Below are positions 1 to 7,283 of a DNA stretch of 32,000 nucleotides, one piece after another. The notes under the pieces are model-generated. The model was not told the DNA's origin. It made no database searches and saw only the letters and a list, made by a program, of their open reading frames with translations. The DNA comes from Geobacter metallireducens GS-15 (GTDB taxonomy: Bacteria > Desulfobacterota > Desulfuromonadia > Geobacterales > Geobacteraceae), in the NCBI RefSeq assembly GCF_000012925.1, contig NC_007517.1, positions 1,170,001-1,202,000 on the forward strand, read 5' to 3'. Position numbers and translations under genes: made by a program. Positions within the stretch are counted from its first letter, which is position 1. Every line of letters starts with the position of its first letter.

Positions 1-2
1 TT

Positions 3-1187
3 GTCGCCAGCATTATCGACGGCGCCTACAACGAGGCGGATCTCAGCTTTGTCCAGCATCTGGCCGACCAGCTCTCCATCAGCATCCAGAACGCCCGGCT
101 CTACAAGCAGGTCTCGCGGGCCAAGAAGGAGTGGGAGGAGACCTTCCTGGCGGTTACCGACCCGATTTTCCTGGTTGACACCGACTACAACGTCCTGCTT
201 CACAACAACCGGCTTTCTCCGGCAATGAGCGGGTTCTGGAACCAGGCGGTGAGCAACAAGTGCTTTGCCAGGCTCCACGGCCGCACCCATCCCTGCGAGA
301 ACTGCCCCATCAAGGAGGTCCAGCGGACCGGCAAGCCGGTTTTCCAGCGCTGGCAGACCGACGCGGGGCTGCTCCTCGATATTTCCTACTACCCGGTGTT
401 CAACGAAGAGAAGCAGCTGTCGGCCGTGACGATCATCATCAAGGATGTCACCGACAAGACCAAGATGGAGGCGCAGCTGGTCCAGACGGCAAAGCTGGCG
501 GCCCTCGGAGAGATGGCGGCCGGGGTGGCCCACGAGCTGAACAGCCCCATGACCGTCATCATCGGCACGGCGCAGCTGCTCCTCAGGGAGCTCCAGCAGG
601 ATGCCCAGTACGACCGGGCCGAGGTGCTGGAAGACATAGTCAATTCGGGCCTGCGCTGCAAGCGGATCATCCAGAACCTGCTGACCTTCTCCCGGCAGAA
701 TCAGCCGCCGGTAACGGACATCGACTTGAATGTCGAGGTGGAGCGGGTTCTGAGCATGATCCAGTACCAGATCAACCGGAACCAGATCAAAATTGTCGAG
801 CAGCTTGCCCCTTTCCTGCCGCGGCTTACCGCCAACGGCTCCCAGATCCAGCAGGTGCTGACCAACCTGCTGATCAACGCCCGGGATGCACTCGGCGAGG
901 TCGACCGCAAGGAGAAGGTCATTACGGTGGCGACGGCGCTGCTGGTGAGGGACCGGAAGAAGTGGGCCGTCCTCAGTGTGAGAGACAACGGCACCGGCAT
1001 CGCCCCGGAGAACCTGTCGAAGATTTTTACCCCCTTTTACACGAGCAAGGAGGCGACCAAGGGGACCGGCCTCGGCCTCTCGGTCAGCCTGGGGATTGCC
1101 GAGTCCCATAATGGCACCATCGAGGTGGAGAGCCGCCTTGGGGAGGGGAGCACCTTTTCGCTGCTCCTCCCCATAGAGCATCAGTGA
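3..1187 (+). CDS. Sensor histidine kinase (end of GAF, PAS, HisKA, HATPase_c), 5'-partial at window edge
   Basis: Frame 3 is open from base 3 (VASIIDGAYNEADLSFVQHLADQLSISIQNARLYKQ, a GAF C-terminus) and runs straight into the 225..1187 ORF. H-box AGVAHELNSPMTVI. N/G boxes NLLINARDA, DNGTGI, GTGLGLSVS. Confidence 0.85.
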   Translation, partial: VASIIDGAYNEADLSFVQHLADQLSISIQNARLYKQVSRAKKEWEETFLAVTDPIFLVDTDYNVLLHNNRLSPAMSGFWNQAVSNKCFARLHGRTHPCENCPIKEVQRTGKPVFQRWQTDAGLLLDISYYPVFNEEKQLSAVTIIIKDVTDKTKMEAQLVQTAKLAALGEMAAGVAHELNSPMTVIIGTAQLLLRELQQDAQYDRAEVLEDIVNSGLRCKRIIQNLLTFSRQNQPPVTDIDLNVEVERVLSMIQYQINRNQIKIVEQLAPFLPRLTANGSQIQQVLTNLLINARDALGEVDRKEKVITVATALLVRDRKKWAVLSVRDNGTGIAPENLSKIFTPFYTSKEATKGTGLGLSVSLGIAESHNGTIEVESRLGEGSTFSLLLPIEHQ

Positions 1188-1209
1188 GAAGATCACAGCC
1201 GGAGCGAAA

Positions 1210-2736
1210 ATGTCACAGATCAAGGTATTGATTATCGATGACGAGGCGGATGTCTGCACCTTTTTCCGCCGCCTGCTGACCAGAAAAGGGTATGACGTCG
1301 TCACGGCGTCAAAGGAGCCTGAGGCGATGCGGGCCATCGAAGAGCACCGCTTCACCGTGGCCATGGTGGATCTGAAGCTGCCGGATACCGACGGCCTGAC
1401 CCTCCTTCAGGCGATCAAGGCCCGGCAGCCCGCCTGCGAAGTCATCATCATGACCGGCTACAGCACCATCAAGACGGCAGTCGCGGCCATGCAGCTGGGG
1501 GCCTACGAGTACCTGGAAAAGCCCTTCGACGACATCGACGAAATCGAGGCCCTGATCGAGAAGGCCGCCAGCCACGGGTTCAACCTCCAGCAGGGGAGCG
1601 CCGCCGCCGAGGAGTGGGCCGAGGTGGCCCGGGCCGTCGGTTTCCAGGTGGGGGCATCCTTGGGCATGAGGCGGCTCGTATCCGTGGCCCACAAGATCGC
1701 CGGCAAGAATGTCACCGTGCTGATCCAGGGGAGCACCGGCACCGGGAAAGAGGTCCTGGCCCGCTTTATCCATTCCGCATCGGGACGGGCGGATCAGGCG
1801 TTCATCCCGGTCAACTGCGGCGCCCTGCCGGAGAACCTCCTGGAAAGCGAGCTCTTCGGCCACGAGAAAGGGGCCTTCACCGGCGCGGCCCAGCCCCGTC
1901 GCGGCATCTTCGAACTGGCCAACCGCGGCACCCTGTTCCTCGATGAAATCGGCGATGCCAGCCCGCAAATCCAGGTGAAACTGCTGCGGGTGCTGGAAAC
2001 CGGCGAATTCATGCGGGTAGGGGGTGAAAAACCCATCAAGACCGACGTGAGGGTGATCGCCGCCACCAACGTGGACCTGGAGCAGGCCATCCGGGAGAAG
2101 ACGTTCCGCGAGGACCTCTACTACCGGCTCAACGTGGTCCGGCTCGAAATCCCGCCGCTCCGCTCCCGTTCCGAGGACATCCCCCAGCTGGCGGAGCACT
2201 TTGTCCGTCAGCTCAACGCAGCGCTGCGGATTTCACCCCCGGCGCTGCGCCTTCTGCAGGGGTACGGATGGCCGGGCAATATCCGCCAGCTTGCCAACGT
2301 CATCCGGCGCGCCGTGGTCATGTGCAGCGGTGACACCATCCTCCCCGAGCATCTCGAAAGCACCCTTCTGAACAGCGCAGCCTTGGCCGGCGACACCTTT
2401 TCCCCCGTGTCCTCGCAGGCCGGGGAGGGGGCTGTCTCCCTCTCCCCGGAGCGGCTCTGGCGAACCGACGTCAGCGTAGAGGAGTTGCGGAAGCTGGGTG
2501 CCGATGAGCTGAAGCGGATGCTCGATTCCCTGCGGGCACTGGAGGGGAGGCTGATCACAGCCATGGGAGAAGGGGGCGGGGCTGCGCGGCGGTGTCTCAA
2601 GGATACCGAGGAGGAAACCATCAGGCAGGCACTGGAACAGTACCGGTGGAACATCACCGAGACGGCGAAGGTCCTGGGCATCGGCAGGAACACCCTCTAC
2701 CGCAAGATCAAGCAGTACGGGCTGGGGAGTTCCTGA
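1210..2736 (+). CDS. Sigma-54-dependent response regulator (REC + AAA+ + Fis-type HTH), NtrC family
   Basis: REC domain (IDDEADV, MVDLKLPDTDG). Walker A GSTGTGKE, GAFTGA sigma-54 contact loop, Walker B LFLDEIGD, C-terminal HTH TAKVLGIGRNTLYRKIKQYG. Starts 23 nt after the kinase. Confidence 0.92.
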   Translation: MSQIKVLIIDDEADVCTFFRRLLTRKGYDVVTASKEPEAMRAIEEHRFTVAMVDLKLPDTDGLTLLQAIKARQPACEVIIMTGYSTIKTAVAAMQLGAYEYLEKPFDDIDEIEALIEKAASHGFNLQQGSAAAEEWAEVARAVGFQVGASLGMRRLVSVAHKIAGKNVTVLIQGSTGTGKEVLARFIHSASGRADQAFIPVNCGALPENLLESELFGHEKGAFTGAAQPRRGIFELANRGTLFLDEIGDASPQIQVKLLRVLETGEFMRVGGEKPIKTDVRVIAATNVDLEQAIREKTFREDLYYRLNVVRLEIPPLRSRSEDIPQLAEHFVRQLNAALRISPPALRLLQGYGWPGNIRQLANVIRRAVVMCSGDTILPEHLESTLLNSAALAGDTFSPVSSQAGEGAVSLSPERLWRTDVSVEELRKLGADELKRMLDSLRALEGRLITAMGEGGGAARRCLKDTEEETIRQALEQYRWNITETAKVLGIGRNTLYRKIKQYGLGSS

Positions 2737-2792
2737 GTGGTCGGCGGCGGGTGTGCGAAGTTGCGGGAAGAGGAGGCGGGCGGGTCCGGGCG

Positions 2793-3014
2793 CTACAGAA
2801 GCATCCGGATTTCGATGAACGGCGTCTCCGGCTTGCGCCGATGGTTTATGAATTCATTGTACTCAGTCAGATAATCGAGCCAGAGGTCGGCGTCGACGAC
2901 TCCATCCCGAAGCCACGGCGGCTGCTTCAATGCGGCCACAGCGGTCATGTCATCACGCAGTTCGGTGGAAGCTGCAGCCTTCTTCAATTCTTCACGAGCC
3001 TTCGGGCTGAGCAT
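2793..3014 (-). CDS. Small hypothetical protein (73 aa), overlaps the 3' end of the upstream nucleotidyltransferase gene
   Basis: ORF only. 23-nt overlap with 2992..3552 suggests co-translation. No motif recognised. Confidence 0.4.
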   Translation of the reverse strand: MLSPKAREELKKAAASTELRDDMTAVAALKQPPWLRDGVVDADLWLDYLTEYNEFINHRRKPETPFIEIRMLL

Positions 3015-3552
3015 GGTAGTTCCTCTCCAATTCCCTGAATAAGTCGTTCATCTCGAACAGCGAGAAATAGTCACCAATAAGTGACCAGTCAAGGGTCGAA
3101 GCATGTAGCGCCATGAGGGCCTCAATGTCGGCCAGATCCATTGCCCGGCGGCGTTCATCGTTGGCCATGGCCTGAACCTTGAGCCCGATCAGGTCATCGG
3201 GCCGGGCTACCTTCATCGAAAGCATTCCCCCGAAAATATCCATGTCAACGGCTCGCTCAAGCATGGCGCGCGACGCCTCCCGGAAGGCATGCAGAATGTC
3301 GATGCCGCCGAGGGGGGCCTGTGGTGCCGTGTAGTGGGAGACGTTTTCCGATTCGTAGGTTCGATTGTAGCCCATGTCCCTCAGAATCCGGTCAACTTTT
3401 TCCATGTCGTCTCGAAGGACAAGGAAGTCAAGGTCGGCGGTGGAGCGGTCAATTCCCCAGAGGCCCAGGGCAAAACCGCCGATGAGGGCGTACCGGATGC
3501 CCTGATCGTCGAAGGATGAGAGGAGTTTGTCGAGTACGCTTTTGAAGTCCAT
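2992..3552 (-). CDS. Minimal Pol-beta-superfamily nucleotidyltransferase-fold protein (possible toxin-antitoxin/AbiE-like component)
   Basis: N-terminal IGGFALGLWGIDRSTADLDFLV fits the hG[GS]-x(9-13)-Dh[DE]h NTase signature. 186 aa, lower-GC gene wedged between two regulatory operons. Confidence 0.55.
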   Translation of the reverse strand: MDFKSVLDKLLSSFDDQGIRYALIGGFALGLWGIDRSTADLDFLVLRDDMEKVDRILRDMGYNRTYESENVSHYTAPQAPLGGIDILHAFREASRAMLERAVDMDIFGGMLSMKVARPDDLIGLKVQAMANDERRRAMDLADIEALMALHASTLDWSLIGDYFSLFEMNDLFRELERNYHAQPEGS

Positions 3553-3595
3553 GATGTATTGTCCTTAATGTTCTGCTTCAAGCCCTATCAGGCAG

Positions 3596-5617
3596 TTAAG
3601 TCCCTTGTCTGATGCTTACGTCAGTCGTCCCCCCCTGCTTCAGCGGCAGCACCACCCGGAAGGTGCTCCCCGTCCCCGCCGTGCTCTCCACCTGGATATT
3701 CCCCCCGTGATCCCTGACGATGCCGTAGGAAACCGCGAGGCCGAGGCCGGTCCCGTCGTTGCGGGTGGTGAAGAAGGGGCTGAAGATGTTCCTGAGGTTT
3801 TCGGGGGGGATGCCGGCCCCCGTGTCCTCCACGGCAACGGTACAGGTCCCGGCTTCGCTGTCCCGGGAGGTGCCCACCGTGAGAGTTCCCCCCTCCTTCA
3901 TGGCCTGGATGGCGTTGAGGATGAGGTTGGTGAAGACCTGGCGGAGCTGGTCGCCGTCTCCTTCCAGAAGGGGGATGTCGGCGGCGTAGTCCCGTCGGAT
4001 GTCGATGCCGGCAAGGGGAATCTGGTGCCCCACCTGCTTGAGGATCTCATCCAGGAGCCTGTTGACCTCCACCGTTCCCAGTTCCTTCTTCTGCTGGCGG
4101 GCGAACTTGAGGAGGCTCCCCACGATCCGCTCCACCCGTCCCGTCTGCTGGGCGATGGTGTCCACCTCCTCCCGGCTCGGGTCGTCCTCGGGGATCGCCA
4201 TCTGGAGCAGCTCCGTGTTCCCCCGGATGATCGCCAGGGGGTTGTTGATCTCGTGGGCCACGCCGGCGGCCAGCATGCCGATGTCGGCCAGCTTTGCCGC
4301 CCTGACCAGGTCCTCCTGGGTCTTCACAAGAAGGAGGTTCTTTTCCTCCAGCTGGGCCGTGCGGTCCAGCACCTTCTGCTCCAGGTCCCGGTTCAGCTTC
4401 CGGATGTCCTCCTCCCGCTGGGCGAGGGTTCTGGTCATCTGGGCGAACTCCCCTGCCAGGTCGCCGATCTCGTCGCGGGTCTGGATGGTTATGGCACTGT
4501 CGCGTTCGCCGGCGGTGATCCGGCGGGCTGCGTTTTCCAGTTCCTTGATGGGGCGGGCGAGGCGCGAGGCGATGAAGCTCGAAATGGCCAGCCCGATGAG
4601 GGAGCCGCAGAGGAGGACCACCCCGAAGATGAGGGATATCTCCCGTTTCATCTCCAGGAAGGGGCGTTCCATGACCCCCACGTAGAGGGATCCCACCGGC
4701 TTCCCCTGGAGGTTCAGGATCGGCTCGTAGGCGGAGTAGTACCAGTCGTTCACCACAAAGGCCCGTCCCACCCATTTCTCGCGGGCCAGGAGGACCCGGT
4801 TGTAGACCTCCTCCGAGAGCCTCGTGCCGATGGCCCGCCGTTCCGGCGAAAGGAGGACGTTGGTGGCTATCCGCAAGTCCCCCAGGAAGATGGTGGCGGT
4901 TCCCACGTCCTCCCCCTGGTAGCTCACCGCTTCGAAGACGATCTTCTTGATCCGGTCCACCAGGGTGTTGTTGCCGTTGAGGAGAACTCCTCCGTAGAGG
5001 GCACCCGCGACCGTCCCGGCCTGGTCCCGCACCGGCACCGATACCACCATGGCCATGCCGGAGCGCTCCACGGACTCGTCCCGCTGGCGGGCGTGGAGGG
5101 TGGGGAGGATCTGGATGGACGCCTTGGCGGCCAGCTCTTTCCCTTCTTTCACCAGTTCCCCGGGGGGGATCACCTCGGTGCCGGCGATGTGCTCGCCCTG
5201 CAACGCCCGGGAGACGATCTGGTCGTTGATCTTGCTGTCGCCGAAGGCCCCGTGGTTGCTGGCCCGGAAGACGACCCGGCCCGACCGGTCCACGGCGGTG
5301 AGGAAGTCGAGCCCTTCGCTGGCCATCCGCGGTGAGAGGAGGTTGTTGAGGGTCGCGCGGTCCCCCTGGGAGATAATCATGGAGGTGAAGGGGTTGGTGG
5401 CGGTGAACTTGACCACGTCCCGGATGTGGTCAAGTTCGCTCTGGTAGACGGCCCGGGCCGAGTTCAGGTCGGTGCGGACCTTTTCCTGGGCCTGGGTCAC
5501 GATCCGGGAGTTGATGATGGAGATGCCGATGACCCAGCAGATGACCGAGGCCACGAAGAGGGGGATGAGGGTGGCGAAGGTGAGCTTGAGGCGGATGGGG
5601 AAGCGCTTCGGTCCCAT
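3596..5617 (-). CDS. Membrane sensor histidine kinase (periplasmic Cache-like sensor, HAMP, HisKA, HATPase_c)
   Basis: Two TM segments flank a ~290 aa extracytoplasmic region. HAMP (ARPIKELENAARRITAGE...IGDLAGEF), H-box AGVAHEINNPLAII, G boxes DTGAGI, GTGLGLAVS. Start ATG directly abuts the stop of the upstream regulator gene (TGAATG). Confidence 0.88.
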   Translation of the reverse strand: MGPKRFPIRLKLTFATLIPLFVASVICWVIGISIINSRIVTQAQEKVRTDLNSARAVYQSELDHIRDVVKFTATNPFTSMIISQGDRATLNNLLSPRMASEGLDFLTAVDRSGRVVFRASNHGAFGDSKINDQIVSRALQGEHIAGTEVIPPGELVKEGKELAAKASIQILPTLHARQRDESVERSGMAMVVSVPVRDQAGTVAGALYGGVLLNGNNTLVDRIKKIVFEAVSYQGEDVGTATIFLGDLRIATNVLLSPERRAIGTRLSEEVYNRVLLAREKWVGRAFVVNDWYYSAYEPILNLQGKPVGSLYVGVMERPFLEMKREISLIFGVVLLCGSLIGLAISSFIASRLARPIKELENAARRITAGERDSAITIQTRDEIGDLAGEFAQMTRTLAQREEDIRKLNRDLEQKVLDRTAQLEEKNLLLVKTQEDLVRAAKLADIGMLAAGVAHEINNPLAIIRGNTELLQMAIPEDDPSREEVDTIAQQTGRVERIVGSLLKFARQQKKELGTVEVNRLLDEILKQVGHQIPLAGIDIRRDYAADIPLLEGDGDQLRQVFTNLILNAIQAMKEGGTLTVGTSRDSEAGTCTVAVEDTGAGIPPENLRNIFSPFFTTRNDGTGLGLAVSYGIVRDHGGNIQVESTAGTGSTFRVVLPLKQGGTTDVSIRQGT

Positions 5618-7006
5618 TCAGTCGTCCAGGGTTCCGGAGATCCCTTGGCCGGGGATGGCGAGGGCATACTCCACGATCTTGCGGTCGAGGGTCTTGCGGG
5701 AGATGCCGAGGATCTCCGCCGTGCGGCTCTTGTGGAAGCCTGTCTGGCGCAAGACCCGCTCGATGTGCTCCCGCTCCATCTCCTCCAGGGAAACGAGCAG
5801 GTTGTCCGGCCGGAGAAGTGGCGCATCCTCCCGGGGGCGGATGGGGAGGACTTCGGGAGTGACCAGGTCGCCCCGGGTGAGGATGGCGGCCCGCTCGACG
5901 ACGTTTTCCAGCTCCCGCACGTTGCCGGGCCAGCGGTACCCCTGGAGGGACTGGAGCGCCTCGGGCGTGAACCCGCGGATATTCTTCCGGATGCGGCGGG
6001 CATACTTGGCAAGGAAGTGCATGGCCAGGGGCTCGATGTCCTCGCGCCGCTCCCGCAGAGGGGGGAGGGCGATGGTGATGACGTTGAGCCGGTAGTAGAG
6101 GTCCTCCCGGAATCGTCCGGCCGCGACCTCCTTGGCCAGATCCTTGTTGGTGGCGGCCACGAAGCGGATGTCGACGCTCTTGGGCTTGGTGGCCCCCACG
6201 GGGATGAACTCCCGCTCCTGGATGACCCGCAGCAGCTTCGCCTGAACCGCGGCGGAGACATCGCCGATCTCGTCCAGGAAGAGGGTGCCGCCGTCGGCCT
6301 CCTCCAGGAGCCCCTTCTGGGTGGTGATGGCGCCGGTGAAGGCACCGCGCACGTGGCCGAAGAGCTGGCTCTCCAGGAGCGTGTCAGACAGGGCCGCACA
6401 GTTGATGGAGAGAAAGCGCCGCCCCTTGCGCTGGCTGTTCACGTGGATCGCGCCCGCGATAAGCTCCTTGCCGGTACCCGATTCGCCGAGGACCAGGATG
6501 TTGGCGTCGCTGCCGGCCACCTGGACCGTGAGGTCGTAGACCTCCCGGAACTTCGCGCTGGTGAAGACGATGTTGTCGGGGATGTCGGGGCGGGAGAGCT
6601 CCTCCTTCAGCACCCGGTTCTCCTTCATGAGGAGGTCCAGTTGGAGGGCGTTCTCCATGAGGCCGAGGATCTTCTCCTTGGGGAACGGCTTGGTGACGTA
6701 GTCGTAGGCCCCCAGCTTGATCGCCTCCACGGCCGCGTCGATGGTGCCGAAGGCGGTCATCACCACCACCGGCATGGCCGGCCGGAGCTTCTTCACCCGC
6801 TTCAGCACCTCGATCCCGTCCATGTCCGGCATCCGCACGTCCTGAAGGAGGATGTCGGCATCACCCTCCGTTCCCCCCTCAATACGTGCCAGAAGGCTCG
6901 TTCCGTCGGCAAAGGTTTCCACATCGTACTCCTTGGCCAGGAACATCTTCTGGAGGTAGCGCCTGATCCCTTCCTCGTCGTCGCAAATGAGAATGCGTGC
7001 TTTCAT
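5618..7006 (-). CDS. Sigma-54-dependent response regulator (REC + AAA+ + HTH)
   Basis: REC (ILICDDEEGI, LQDVRMPDMDG), GESGTGKE, GAFTGA, LFLDEIGD, HTH TAEILGISRKTLDRKI. Divergent from the formate dehydrogenase operon. Confidence 0.92.
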   Translation of the reverse strand: MKARILICDDEEGIRRYLQKMFLAKEYDVETFADGTSLLARIEGGTEGDADILLQDVRMPDMDGIEVLKRVKKLRPAMPVVVMTAFGTIDAAVEAIKLGAYDYVTKPFPKEKILGLMENALQLDLLMKENRVLKEELSRPDIPDNIVFTSAKFREVYDLTVQVAGSDANILVLGESGTGKELIAGAIHVNSQRKGRRFLSINCAALSDTLLESQLFGHVRGAFTGAITTQKGLLEEADGGTLFLDEIGDVSAAVQAKLLRVIQEREFIPVGATKPKSVDIRFVAATNKDLAKEVAAGRFREDLYYRLNVITIALPPLRERREDIEPLAMHFLAKYARRIRKNIRGFTPEALQSLQGYRWPGNVRELENVVERAAILTRGDLVTPEVLPIRPREDAPLLRPDNLLVSLEEMEREHIERVLRQTGFHKSRTAEILGISRKTLDRKIVEYALAIPGQGISGTLDD

Positions 7007-7197
7007 GATGATTTTCCGTGCCCGCCGATGCCGTTCGTTTCATTAGTTTTTAGTATGTCTACATGGACAAAATGATACAGACGCGGCCAGGATTCCGCAA
7101 GACAAGATTCCACACGGTATGTTCCTGTTGCCGTGAAAAATCTGTGAATTCCAATTATTCCAGTGTGTTGTCGATAATGTAGACGTGTAAACGGTAT

Positions 7198-7212
7198 TGG
7201 CACGGAGGTTGC
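7198..7212 (+). promoter_or_regulatory. Sigma-54 (-24/-12) promoter upstream of fdnG
   Basis: TGGCAC-GGAGG-TTGC (7198-7203 / 7209-7212) matches the TGGCAC-N5-TTGC consensus exactly. It lies 72 nt upstream of the fdnG ATG and next to a divergently encoded sigma-54 activator. Confidence 0.7.
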
Positions 7213-7218
7213 CCTTGT

Positions 7219-7250
7219 GAGCCCGTTGTCACATTCAACGCAACGGGCTC
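7219..7250 (+). promoter_or_regulatory. Perfect 10-bp stem-loop in the predicted fdnG 5' leader
   Basis: GAGCCCGTTG (7219-7228) / CAACGGGCTC (7241-7250) with a 12-nt loop. Located between the sigma-54 promoter and the fdnG start. Confidence 0.4.
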
Positions 7251-7283
7251 CATGGCCCGATCTCTTCGAAGGGGGTTTGTGAA

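Noticed and set aside
1-228. 75-aa frame-1 ORF at the window start.
   Set aside because: It is S/T/P/R-rich with no motifs. Frame 3 over the same bases gives a clean GAF-domain C-terminus continuous with the kinase.
7053-7186. ATGTCTACAT (7053-7062) and ATGTAGACGT (7177-7186), plus the direct repeat GATTCC-N9-GATTCC (7091-7111), as candidate activator binding sites for the sigma-54 promoter.
   Set aside because: The motifs are short, the second site is too close to the -24 element for a typical upstream activating sequence, and there is no known consensus for this regulator. They cannot be supported from sequence alone.
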